A DNA stretch of 64,000 nt from Candidatus Segetimicrobium genomatis (GTDB lineage: Bacteria; Sysuimicrobiota; Sysuimicrobiia; Sysuimicrobiales; Kaftiobacteriaceae), in contig VBAP01000060.1 in the NCBI GenBank assembly GCA_005882335.1, positions 850 to 64,849 on the forward strand, read 5' to 3'. The notes under the pieces are model-generated. The model had not been told where the DNA came from. It searched no databases and saw nothing but the letters and a program-made list of their open reading frames with translations. Below are positions 25,852 through 34,924 of the stretch, one piece after another; within the stretch, counting starts at the first letter, position 1; every line of letters begins with the position of its first letter. Both the position numbers and the translations under genes were made by a program.

Positions 25852-26571
25852 GTGTCCCTTGCCAGAGGAGTTTCGAGTCCTACGCTCAATCGAACACAGG
25901 CCGCCGCCTCAGGGAGCCCCAGCGCCTCGGCGGCCGAGAAACCGCTGCGCGTCCTCCTGGCTGACGATCACGTAATTTTCCGTCAGGGCGTTCGCACCCT
26001 CCTGGAGCGCTATGAGTTTGAAATTGTCGCCGAGGCCGGCGACGGCCGGGAGGCGATCCAGCTGGCCAAAGACGTCAAACCCGACGTGGCGATTCTCGAT
26101 CTCGCCATGCCGCAACTCAGCGGTCCCGACGCAGCCCAACAGATCGCGCAGGTGTCGCCCCAGACCCGCGCCATCATGCTCACGATGTACTCGGAGGAAT
26201 CCAGCGTCGCAAAGGCGCTGGATGTCGGGATCACCGGGTACGTCCTCAAAATCCAGAGCGCCGCGGATCTGGTGCAGGCGATCCGTGACGTGATGGCCGG
26301 CGGGATCTATTTGAGTCCCGGCATCTCGCAATCCATCGTGAAGGCCTATCTGGCCCGCCACCAGGTAGCCAGCCACCCGCTCACCGTCCGCGAGCAAGAG
26401 GTGCTCCGCCTCGTCGCGGAGGGGAAGACGACGCGGGAAGTGGCGCAGCTGCTCGGCATCAGCGTGAAAACCGCAGAATCGCACCGCATGCGGATCATGG
26501 CCAAGCTCGATATCCACGACACGGCCGGGCTCGTCCGCTATGCCATCCGTCAGGGCCTGATCCAGGCTTGA
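25852..26571 (+). CDS. LuxR/NarL-family response regulator
   Basis: LRVLLADDHVIFRQGVR...REQEVLRLVAEGKTTREVAQLLGISVKTAESHRMRIMAKL. The exact start is uncertain (GTG 25852). Confidence 0.8.
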   Translation: MSLARGVSSPTLNRTQAAASGSPSASAAEKPLRVLLADDHVIFRQGVRTLLERYEFEIVAEAGDGREAIQLAKDVKPDVAILDLAMPQLSGPDAAQQIAQVSPQTRAIMLTMYSEESSVAKALDVGITGYVLKIQSAADLVQAIRDVMAGGIYLSPGISQSIVKAYLARHQVASHPLTVREQEVLRLVAEGKTTREVAQLLGISVKTAESHRMRIMAKLDIHDTAGLVRYAIRQGLIQA

Positions 26572-26780
26572 AAGCGACCTTCCAGACAGCGTCGTTCACC
26601 TCACCCGCCGAAATGCTCATCCCGCGTTCTCGCGGGCGCCAGCGGCCTCCCCGGTCGAGGGTGAGTTTCGTTGCCGTCGAGGCGGACTGTTACCAGGGTG
26701 GTTCGGGAAGGTGAGTTCCCCCTTCGTGCTCAGGTGTTTTCCACAGCGAGTATATCGTTTTTCTGGAGCGATTCCTTGCC

Positions 26781-27506
26781 ATGGCGGGAAAAATTCATCG
26801 TGAGAATTCGCTCGCGGAGATCGTGGCGTCAAGAGGAGAAGTCGTGCGGCCACTAGGAGTCCTGATCGCGGAAGGGAAGGACCTCGTCGCCGGGCGCCTC
26901 ACCACCCAGCTGGAGGGCCTCGGTCATCGGGTCCTCGCCGTGACCACCGATGCTCACGCCGCTGTGGAGTCCGCTGGACGGCTGCATCCGGATCTCATAC
27001 TCATCGATCAGCACATTCCCCCTCTGGAAGGCATCGAAGCGGCTCGGGCGATTCTCGCTCGACACGTCATCCCCCTCGTGCTGCTGATCGATTACCCTTC
27101 TGCGGATCTGGTCGGGCGGGCTCAAGAGACCGGAATCCTCTCCTATCTGCTGTGGCCGGCAGATGCCACTGCGCTGGAGGCCGCCATCAACGTGGCGCTG
27201 GAGCGCTACCGAGAGCTTCAGTTCCTGTGCGCCGAATCCGGGGATCTACGGCAGGCTCTGCACGCCAGACCGGTGGTGGAACGGGCAAAAAAGATGGTGA
27301 TGCGGCGGCTGGAGTTGGGGGATGCGGACGCCTTTGCTTATCTGCGCCGCCAGAGTTGGAGTACGATGACACCCCTTCGCGAGGTGGCGGCGAACTTGCT
27401 CGCGGCCGAGCAGGTGTTGTTTGGGAAGCTCGATCTTCTTGGATGCGTTGACACGATGCTTAATGTGCTCGTGCGACCTGAGGGCGTTCCCCGCGGGGTC
27501 GCCTGA
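26781..27506 (+). CDS. ANTAR-domain response regulator (REC + ANTAR RNA-binding antiterminator)
   Basis: The C-terminus VVERAKKMVMRRLELGDADAFAYLRRQSWSTMTPLREVAANLL is a canonical ANTAR domain. The N-terminal domain is receiver-like. Confidence 0.75.
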   Translation: MAGKIHRENSLAEIVASRGEVVRPLGVLIAEGKDLVAGRLTTQLEGLGHRVLAVTTDAHAAVESAGRLHPDLILIDQHIPPLEGIEAARAILARHVIPLVLLIDYPSADLVGRAQETGILSYLLWPADATALEAAINVALERYRELQFLCAESGDLRQALHARPVVERAKKMVMRRLELGDADAFAYLRRQSWSTMTPLREVAANLLAAEQVLFGKLDLLGCVDTMLNVLVRPEGVPRGVA

Positions 27507-27544
27507 CCTGCGCCGGCTGTGTCAGAGGCCTGAGGACGTCCCCA

Positions 27545-27856
27545 ATGGAATCTCTGGTCATGCGATTCGTCCGCGCCATCTCTGGCGGCGAGAATTCTCC
27601 CGGCGATTCCCCGAAGTTGTATATTATCATCCCCCGCCCCCACGCCTATCTCGCGGACCTGCTGGCGAAGGCGTTCGAAGGGCGTAAGGATGTCGAGATC
27701 ATCGCGGATCGGCGGCACGGCGAGCGGCGGATCCAGCAGCAGCCGGCGGTCGTCGAGCGGCGTCGCGCTGACCGGCGGAAGCCAAAAGAGGAAGTGATCG
27801 AAGTGGTGATCGGGGTGGGTGACCGCCCGAAGGGGACGCCCGAAGGGCCCGCGTAG
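27545..27856 (+). CDS. Hypothetical small basic protein
   Basis: 103-aa ORF. The Arg-rich C-terminus could be a translation artefact. Confidence 0.2.
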   Translation: MESLVMRFVRAISGGENSPGDSPKLYIIIPRPHAYLADLLAKAFEGRKDVEIIADRRHGERRIQQQPAVVERRRADRRKPKEEVIEVVIGVGDRPKGTPEGPA

Positions 27857-28015
27857 CCATCTGCGCTGTCTGATTCGGGCCTGACCTGACCTCAGGGATT
27901 CCACGCTCCAGGGCACAGGGATTTCCCCCATCCTCCTCAGGTCCTCACGATACAGGGCCGGGCGCGCGCCAGGAAATAATTACTTCGGTTACGTCAGGCG
28001 CGGAGGGTAAGAGAC

Positions 28016-29758
28016 GTGAATACCCGATGGCGAGTGCTTGTGTTCACGATCGCGGTGCTGTGCGTGCTCAACGGGTTCGCTGCGGCACAGATCCTGCCGC
28101 TCCCCCTTCCCCCACTGCCCCAGCCGATCGTCTCCACCGCCGCCATTGATCCGATCCTGCAGCAGATGCTTCAGACGGCTTCGCTCGGACAGATCATTGA
28201 GGCCGTGCTCACCTTCGACCACGTCCCGACCGCCGCCGACCTGTCCGCCGTGACCAGCACGGGCGTCGACGTGGCGCGGTTCAGCGTGCTCCCCATGATC
28301 GGGGTGCGAGGCACGAACACGCAGATTCTTGCCCTGCTGGGACTCTCCGGGCTGCGGTCCGCCTACGCCAACCGCCAGCTCAGCTACTTCCTGAATCAAA
28401 GCGTGCCGCTGATTGGCGCGGATCGAGTGTGGAACGAGCTGGGCATCACGGGGAAAGGCGTCACTATCGCCGTGATCGATACCGGGATCGATGCGACTCA
28501 TCCGGATCTGCCGTATGGGGAGAAGGTCATTCAAAATGTGAAGATCGCGCCCGATCTCTTCGGGACAGGCTCGATCGTGGTGGAAGGACTCGCCAACACG
28601 GACACCACCAGCGGACACGGCACCCACGTGTCTTCGATCGCGGCGGGCACCGGTGCCGCGCTGGCCGGCAAATACCGCGGCGTGGCCCCCGGAGCCAAAC
28701 TTGTGGGCGTCGGGGCCGGCGACGTCATCGTCATTCTAAGCGCGCTGGAGGGTTTCGATTGGGTGCTGGCCAACCGCGCACGCTACGCGATCCGGATCAT
28801 CTCCAACAGCTGGGGAACCACAGGTTCCTTCTCCGCCGATGATCCGATCAATGTGGCCAGCAAGATGGCGCACGATGCCGGCATGACCGTCGTCTTCGCC
28901 GCCGGCAACTCCGGTCCGGCGACGAACACCTTGAATCCGTATTGTGTCGCTCCCTGGGTGATCTGCGTCGCCGCTGGAGCGAAAGACGGCAAGACGCTGG
29001 CTGACTTCTCATCGCGGGGAATTCCCGCCGATGCACTCTACCATCCGACCATCACCGCCCCCGGCGTGAGCATCGCCGCGGCGCGCGCGACGACGGGTAT
29101 CTTCATCAACACCTTCTTTGCCGTCGATCTCCTTGCGCTGGGGACCGACGCCATCTATTACGCCGTGGCCAGCGGCACCAGCATGGCCACCCCGCACGTG
29201 GCGGGGACCGCGGCGCTGATGCTGGAGGCCAATCCGGGCCTGACTCCCGACGGGGTGAAGGCGCTGCTCCAAACGAGCGCCACGCCTATGCCGGGCTACG
29301 CGGTGCACGAGGTCGGCGCCGGGTACCTAAACGCGTACAACGCCGTGACAGGGGCCATTCGGCCGTCGGTCACCCGCGTGGAAGACAACGATCCTTCCAT
29401 CACCTACACGTCCAACTGGGTGTCCGGCAGTGATCCCAGGGCCAGTGGCGGTGGTTACACCGAGGCGTCGGCAGCAGGAGAGCGAGCCACGCTCACATTT
29501 ACGGGAACGGGCGTAACCTGGATCGGCTTCCGCTATTCGTTTGGCGGAATTGCGCGAGTGTATGTGGACGGAGTCTTTGCGGCCGAGGTTGATGCATATG
29601 CCGCGACGGAGCCGGAGCAGGCTGAGATCTTTTCGTCCGCCGGTCTCGCGCCGGGAACGCACACGCTGGCCATCGAGGTCACCGGGACTCACAATCCACT
29701 CGCACCCTCTAGCAGCGCCTATTGGATTGTGGTTGATGCGTTCGACGTCACACACTGA
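28016..29758 (+). CDS. Secreted subtilisin-like serine protease (peptidase S8) with C-terminal beta-sandwich extension
   Basis: Signal peptide. Catalytic triad motifs VIDTGIDATHPDL, HGTHVSSIAAG and GTSMATPHVAG. Confidence 0.9.
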   Translation: MNTRWRVLVFTIAVLCVLNGFAAAQILPLPLPPLPQPIVSTAAIDPILQQMLQTASLGQIIEAVLTFDHVPTAADLSAVTSTGVDVARFSVLPMIGVRGTNTQILALLGLSGLRSAYANRQLSYFLNQSVPLIGADRVWNELGITGKGVTIAVIDTGIDATHPDLPYGEKVIQNVKIAPDLFGTGSIVVEGLANTDTTSGHGTHVSSIAAGTGAALAGKYRGVAPGAKLVGVGAGDVIVILSALEGFDWVLANRARYAIRIISNSWGTTGSFSADDPINVASKMAHDAGMTVVFAAGNSGPATNTLNPYCVAPWVICVAAGAKDGKTLADFSSRGIPADALYHPTITAPGVSIAAARATTGIFINTFFAVDLLALGTDAIYYAVASGTSMATPHVAGTAALMLEANPGLTPDGVKALLQTSATPMPGYAVHEVGAGYLNAYNAVTGAIRPSVTRVEDNDPSITYTSNWVSGSDPRASGGGYTEASAAGERATLTFTGTGVTWIGFRYSFGGIARVYVDGVFAAEVDAYAATEPEQAEIFSSAGLAPGTHTLAIEVTGTHNPLAPSSSAYWIVVDAFDVTH

Positions 29759-29786
29759 CGCGATGCCCGCCGCGTCGGGAGTTTTC
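29758..29786 (+). terminator. Candidate intrinsic terminator (GACGCG-N7-CGCGTC then GTTTTCC)
   Basis: Hairpin starting at the S8 stop codon, followed by a T4 run. Confidence 0.4.
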
Positions 29787-29991
29787 CTGCCTGCCGGAAG
29801 GGAACCACCCGACTCCGTGTCAGGTCATTGCCGGCTGTACACTCGGGAGAAAGATTTTCCTGTCTCCCCTCTTCGATAGAGAGTGAATCTTCTGCGCCTC
29901 GTTCCTGGTTTTACCGGCGACTGGTCTTCGCCCGTTCGCCCTAAAGATGTAGCGGATCAGATCCACTCAGGAATCAAATGAGAGGAGGCAA

Positions 29992-30618
29992 GTGATGAGC
30001 AAGACTGAATATTTGCGGTTGAGCACCATCGCGCTCGTCATCGGGCTGACCGTGCTCGTGGCGGTACCCAGCCCGGCGAGTGCGCAACTGTCATTACTGG
30101 GAGGAGGGACGACTTCCTCGACCGGCACCAGCGCCACCGCAGTGGCGGTGACTGTGCTGGGGTCGACGACGATGCTCGCCTCGACGGGGAACCTCGCCAA
30201 CGCGACCGACGCGCTGGGTGCAGAGCTGGACAGCGCGAGCGGGGATATGGGGAGCGCAGCTGTGCTCCATGCTACGGCGATCGGCTCGGGCGATTCTGTC
30301 GCGTCCGAGGCATCGCTCGGTGACCTGGTCCTGTCGATCGCGGGCACCCAGATTACGGCGACCTCGGCGTACGCGACGGCGTTGGCCGATAGCACCGCAG
30401 GAACCAGCGGCTGGTCCAGCGTGGACGGCCTGGCGGTGAACGGTACATCGCTCGTGTCCACCGGTGAAGCGAACCAGACCATCAACCTGGGCGCCATCAC
30501 GCTGGTGCTCAATGAGGTGACGCAGACGGCGAGCGGGATCACCGTGAACGCGCTGCATATCACCTCGCTGGACGGGACCGTCGACGTGGTGGTAGCGTCG
30601 GCGACGGCGGGTCAGTGA
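29992..30618 (+). CDS. Secreted Ser/Thr/Ala-rich low-complexity protein (hypothetical)
   Basis: Signal peptide MMSKTEYLRLSTIALVIGLTVLVAVPSPASA. About 45% S/T/A/G. Ends ...ITLVLNEVTQTASGITVNALHITSLDG. Confidence 0.5.
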   Translation: MMSKTEYLRLSTIALVIGLTVLVAVPSPASAQLSLLGGGTTSSTGTSATAVAVTVLGSTTMLASTGNLANATDALGAELDSASGDMGSAAVLHATAIGSGDSVASEASLGDLVLSIAGTQITATSAYATALADSTAGTSGWSSVDGLAVNGTSLVSTGEANQTINLGAITLVLNEVTQTASGITVNALHITSLDGTVDVVVASATAGQ

Positions 30619-30638
30619 GGCCACAGGAGGAGACACCC

Positions 30639-31256
30639 ATGAAAAACATCATTCGGAACGCAGCAGTCTCCCTCCTGATCGGAGGGTTGATCTTGGTCAT
30701 CAGCGCTCCCGCCGGCGCGTGGCCGGAGACGATCGTGTACGATTTCATCACCGGCGGCGGGTGGTTCATCCAGCGGCCCGGTTCGTTCTCCGCCGGGTAC
30801 CGGTCGAACTTCGGATGGCACGGCGGTGCGAAGAACGGCGCCTGGTGGGGGAATGGGAACTACCTCGACCACGGCCCGATCAGCCTGCACGCACATAGCA
30901 TCGATGTCACAGGCTACCTGCGCATCGGTGATGACACCACAACCGATCCCAAGCACCCCACAGGAGTCCGTGACATCTGCGGCCATGCCTACGTCACCTA
31001 CGCCGGCGGCTCCGGCAACTTCTGGTATCGGGTCCGGATGAAGGATGCCGGCGAGCCCGGTCGCGACGACAAATTCGGGATCGCGTTGTATGCGATATCG
31101 CCTGGAGGCGGGATCGGCGGGAATGTCTACACCGCCTGGGGACAACTCAACGGTGGTGGAAATATTCAACTTCATAGGGGCAACAACTCGAATACCGGCC
31201 CCTCCACCTACATCTGCCCGCCGGCTGTCTTCGACGACACGTTCTTCTTCAGCTAA
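30639..31256 (+). CDS. Secreted Gly/Trp-rich hypothetical protein
   Basis: MKNIIRNAAVSLLIGGLILVISAPAGA signal peptide. The start is 21 bp after the previous gene. Confidence 0.5.
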   Translation: MKNIIRNAAVSLLIGGLILVISAPAGAWPETIVYDFITGGGWFIQRPGSFSAGYRSNFGWHGGAKNGAWWGNGNYLDHGPISLHAHSIDVTGYLRIGDDTTTDPKHPTGVRDICGHAYVTYAGGSGNFWYRVRMKDAGEPGRDDKFGIALYAISPGGGIGGNVYTAWGQLNGGGNIQLHRGNNSNTGPSTYICPPAVFDDTFFFS

Positions 31257-31305
31257 TCGCCTCTGACTGGCCTCGACCAGTCAGCGCGATGCGTCCGAGC
31301 ATCCT

Positions 31306-31333
31306 CCCGGGGAGCCCGCCAGGGCTCCCCGGG
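31306..31333 (+). terminator. Perfect 12-bp-stem palindrome CCCGGGGAGCCC-GCCA-GGGCTCCCCGGG (terminator or regulatory hairpin)
   Basis: Lies 50 bp after the stop at 31256. It is preceded by a second 8-bp hairpin at 31264-31285 and followed by a C/T-rich stretch without a clean U-tract. Confidence 0.35.
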
Positions 31334-31389
31334 CTCGTTCCCTCTCCGGCTGGCGCTGGCCGCGTCCGTCGGACTGATTTGAAAGGCGT

Positions 31390-31423
31390 AGGCTCATGGG
31401 GGGTTTCCCCTATTTACGCCTCA
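31390..31423. promoter_or_regulatory. Dyad-symmetric intergenic motif copy 3 (GGCTCATGG[ggggtttcccc]TATTTACGCCTC), 360 bp upstream of the NusG-like gene
   Basis: Same as copy 2 but with an 11-nt palindromic insertion. Confidence 0.3.
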
Positions 31424-31779
31424 GGTATTTTCCCCCCCTCGCTCCGCCCGCTTTCCCGATTCTGTGGCGAAATTCTGGGAAATATCTCTTCGCAGTGAGC
31501 CTTCAAGCGTGCGAGTTCCATCCCATCGTTTCGCTGCCGGGACACTGAGCGGTACTGGGTGGGGCAGGACGGCGCGCGGGGCGGAATTCGAACGGCCGGC
31601 GCCCCCGCCGGTCATGACCGCGGAGCTCGTCACCCAAGATGCGTCGTCCACCTCACCTAGCCGGAGATGCTCATGGTGGCGTCTGGACTCCCAGCCGTGG
31701 CGCGCGGTGGTTCACGGTGAGTTGACCACGACGCGCTCTGACTCGCGACGGCCTCGTACCCTTCAAGATCGATTCCAGG

Positions 31780-32433
31780 ATGGACGAGTCGCGGGGGAAA
31801 AATTACGACGGCGTCATGCCAAGCGCGAGGTTTGAGCCTGATGCGGCACAAACCGAAGGGGGCGAAGCCTTGTCAACTGTAAGAACCGCTGCGATCCCAG
31901 ACGCCACAGCGCCTCGCAGCGCCGCCACACCGAGCGCTCAGTGGTACGCGCTGTGGACGCGCAGCCACACGGAACGGCTCGTCTACGAGCAGCTGGCCGC
32001 GAAAGGGTTCGACGCGTTTTTGCCGACTGCGGAGGTATGGTCGTGGCGCGCCGGGGCCCGTCATCGCATTCAGGTGCCCATGTTCCCCGGCTACCTGTTT
32101 CTCCGGCACGCCATGGATAAGGCGGGATACATCGAGGTGCGCAAAGTCCGGGGCCTGGTCTCCATACTGGGGGAGTCCTGGGATCGTCTGGCCGCCATAC
32201 CGGACCGTGAAATCGACGCGATTCAGACCGTGGTGGGAGCTGGGCTTCCCGTGCTCCCGCATATCTATCTGCGCGAAGGGCAGCGCGTCCGGATCACCCG
32301 AGGGCCGCTCGCCGATGTCGAGGGCATCCTGGTGCGGCAGAACCCCAATCAAGGCTTGCTCGTTCTCTCGGTCGATCTGCTGCATCGGAGTGTCGCGGTC
32401 GAGGTGGACTGTACCTGGGTCGTGCCCGTGTAA
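31780..32433 (+). CDS. NusG-family transcription antiterminator paralog (UpxY/RfaH/LoaP-like; NGN + KOW)
   Basis: WYALWTRSHTERLVYEQLAAKGFDAFLP forms the NGN fold, and GQRVRITRGPLADVEGIL forms the KOW. It is the first gene of a same-strand polysaccharide locus over 32 kb long. The start within 31780-31880 is uncertain. Confidence 0.7.
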   Translation: MDESRGKNYDGVMPSARFEPDAAQTEGGEALSTVRTAAIPDATAPRSAATPSAQWYALWTRSHTERLVYEQLAAKGFDAFLPTAEVWSWRAGARHRIQVPMFPGYLFLRHAMDKAGYIEVRKVRGLVSILGESWDRLAAIPDREIDAIQTVVGAGLPVLPHIYLREGQRVRITRGPLADVEGILVRQNPNQGLLVLSVDLLHRSVAVEVDCTWVVPV

Positions 32434-32492
32434 AGGACGAGATACGCACACGCGTCTTCGTCTCTCAACCCTATCAATAGGAGTTCCTGCAT

Positions 32493-34055
32493 ATGCAAAA
32501 CGCAGCACAGACAACCTCCCCTCTTGAAGCGGCACTAGCCGTGTGGCACCGCAGAAAGTGGCTGGGGCTGCTGGCGTTTGCGATTCCTCTCGCCGCCACC
32601 GCCGGGATGACGAGGAGCCTCCCGGACCTGTACGCCGCCCCAGCCACCGTGCTCGTGGAGCATCAGCAGGTGTCTGACCGCCTGGTGGGCCCGTCCATGG
32701 CCGACGAACTCGAGACCCGGCTCCAGACGATCAGCCAGGAGATCCTCAGTCGGGCCAGGCTGCAACAACTGATCGATCGGTTCGGCCTCTATCCGGACCC
32801 TAAGCACCAGGACACGCCGGAGTCCCGGGTCGAGCGGATGCGCCGCGACATCCAGCTGCAATTTACCGCGGGCCGAGAATCGACCGGGCGCGATACCACC
32901 ATCGCGTTCACGATCAGCTATCGAGGGCAGGATCCTCAGACCGTCGCCCAGGTGACGAACGCGCTCGCCGCGCTCTACCTGGAGCGGAACGAGAGCAGGC
33001 GCGAGCAGCAGACGGCCAGCACGGTGGAGTTCCTGCAGGCGCAGCTGGACGACCTTCAACAGCAGCTGGCCGCGCAGGAACGGCTGGTGAACGAGTTCAA
33101 GGCGAGCCACCCCGGCGAACTGCCGGAGCAGCAGGCGGCGACGCTGGCGGCGCTGCAACGGCTCAATGCGCAGCTGAGCCTGGACCTGGACAGAGAGCAG
33201 CGGCTGACTCATCAGCGGGAGGAGCTGGTCCGGCAGATGACCGCCTCCTCCACCGGCGGGGCGTCCGATGATCCCATGACCCAGCTGGCGAGGCTCCGCC
33301 AGCAACTGGCCGACCTCCGGACGCGGTTCACCGAAGAGCATCCGGACGTGGTGAGGGTGAAATCGCAGATCGCCGCCCTGGAGCGCCAGCTCGCCGACGC
33401 GAAGGTGCATCAGAGCAGTCCTGTGGGGTCGACCGACCCGGTGGCCCGTCAGCTTCAAGGCGAGCTGACTCGAGTGGAGACTGAACTTCGCACCCTGCGG
33501 GACGAGGAGCAGGCTCTGCGCCGTTCGATCGCCGACTATGAACGGCGGGTCGAGAATGCTCCCCGGCGTGGGCAAGAGCTTCAGCAAATCTCGGCAGATT
33601 ATGAAGCCCTCAAGGAACGCGTTCAGTCGGTGCGCCGGCGATACGAGGATGCGCAACTGGCCGAGCGCGCAGAGCAGGGCCAGGGGGGTGAACAGTTTCG
33701 CATCCTGGATCCCGCGGTCCCCCCCACGTTGCCGGTGGCGCCGAACCGCTTCCGGCTTCGGCTGGCGGGACTCTTACTGTCCATCGCCCTTGCGTCGGGG
33801 CTCGTGGCCCTGGTCGATTCACGCGACACCTCCTTCCATACGGTCGACGACCTGCGCGCCGCGAACAGCGCGCCGGTGATCGTCACCATTCCTCCAATCG
33901 TGACACGCGCCGACGTTTGGAGCCGGCGCTGGCAGTTCGCGCTGGCTAGCGCGGCGACAGTGGTCGGCGCGGCCATCATCGCCATCGCCGCCTCCCATTT
34001 CGCCCGCGGCAACGAGGCCCTGGTGCGTCTCCTCACACCGGGCCGCTTTTTCTGA
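32493..34055 (+). CDS. Polysaccharide co-polymerase / chain-length determinant (Wzz/GumC-like, PEP-CTERM-locus type)
   Basis: 520 aa. An N-terminal TM helix, a long coiled-coil periplasmic region (ELQQISADYEALKERVQ...) and a C-terminal TM helix. Confidence 0.75.
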   Translation: MQNAAQTTSPLEAALAVWHRRKWLGLLAFAIPLAATAGMTRSLPDLYAAPATVLVEHQQVSDRLVGPSMADELETRLQTISQEILSRARLQQLIDRFGLYPDPKHQDTPESRVERMRRDIQLQFTAGRESTGRDTTIAFTISYRGQDPQTVAQVTNALAALYLERNESRREQQTASTVEFLQAQLDDLQQQLAAQERLVNEFKASHPGELPEQQAATLAALQRLNAQLSLDLDREQRLTHQREELVRQMTASSTGGASDDPMTQLARLRQQLADLRTRFTEEHPDVVRVKSQIAALERQLADAKVHQSSPVGSTDPVARQLQGELTRVETELRTLRDEEQALRRSIADYERRVENAPRRGQELQQISADYEALKERVQSVRRRYEDAQLAERAEQGQGGEQFRILDPAVPPTLPVAPNRFRLRLAGLLLSIALASGLVALVDSRDTSFHTVDDLRAANSAPVIVTIPPIVTRADVWSRRWQFALASAATVVGAAIIAIAASHFARGNEALVRLLTPGRFF

Positions 34056-34081
34056 TGGCGCGAGCGAGCGCCGCCTAGCAG

Positions 34082-34924
34082 ATGCCACCCGGCGAATCAA
34101 CCCACACGAGGTCCGCCGCCACGGTCGTCGTCTCGACCGACCGGCCCGAATGGCGGATGAGGGCCGTGGATCAGCACCTGGTCAGCTTCCTCGACCCCAC
34201 GTCCTATGAGGCCGATCAGTACCGCGCGCTGCGCTTGGTGATCGAACAGATACACAGCCACCGGAAGACGATCGCCGTGACCAGCGCCGTCGCCGGCGAC
34301 GGCAAGACCACTACCGCGCTCAATCTCGCCGGGGCGTTAGCCCATGCCCCGGACACACGGATCCTCGTCGCAGATTTCGACTTGCGGACGCCATCGGTCG
34401 GCGCTCGCCTGGGGTTGACCGCACAGAGTCCCGGGCTGGTGGACCTGATCCTCGATCAGGACCTGGTCCCCGATGACGTCGTCCAATGGCATCCGCAGTT
34501 CCGCCTCGCGGTCCTGCCGGCGGGCCGCCCCCTGGCGGTGACGTATGAACTCCTCAAGTCGCCGCGGCTGGCAGCGATCCTGCAGGACGCGCGACGGCAA
34601 TATGACTATGTGGTGCTGGATACGCCGCCACTGGTGCCGGTGCCGGACTCCCGGTTGATCGCCGACCACGTGGACGGTTTCGTGATGGTCGTCGCCGCGC
34701 ACAGGACGCCCCGTCTGCTCTTCCAGGATGCCCTGAAGCTGGTGGATCCTGCCAAGCTGATCGGCCTCGTGTTCAACGGAGACGACCGCCCGCGATCCCG
34801 CTACTACTACGGCTACTACTATGGCTACGGTCGCCGGCAGGCCAGGGAGAGTCGGATGGCGGACAAGATCCGGAGGTTTCTGAGCCGGCGGCGTGGGCCG
34901 CGATCTGGCCGATCACACGACTAA
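34082..34924 (+). CDS. BY-kinase-type ATPase (CpsD/CapB-like) with C-terminal tyrosine cluster
   Basis: KTIAVTSAVAGDGKTTTALNLA Walker A, DTPP Walker B. The C-terminus is ...RYYYGYYYGYGRR. Confidence 0.75.
   Translation: MPPGESTHTRSAATVVVSTDRPEWRMRAVDQHLVSFLDPTSYEADQYRALRLVIEQIHSHRKTIAVTSAVAGDGKTTTALNLAGALAHAPDTRILVADFDLRTPSVGARLGLTAQSPGLVDLILDQDLVPDDVVQWHPQFRLAVLPAGRPLAVTYELLKSPRLAAILQDARRQYDYVVLDTPPLVPVPDSRLIADHVDGFVMVVAAHRTPRLLFQDALKLVDPAKLIGLVFNGDDRPRSRYYYGYYYGYGRRQARESRMADKIRRFLSRRRGPRSGRSHD

Noticed and set aside
31289-31498. 69-aa ORF in the NusG-paralog leader
   Set aside because: It spans the palindromic hairpins and has no ribosome-binding site. It is more plausibly non-coding leader.
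31570-31600. GGAATTCGAACGGCC resembling a tRNA T-arm
   Set aside because: No acceptor stem, anticodon arm or flanking cloverleaf can be drawn. It is probably a chance match.
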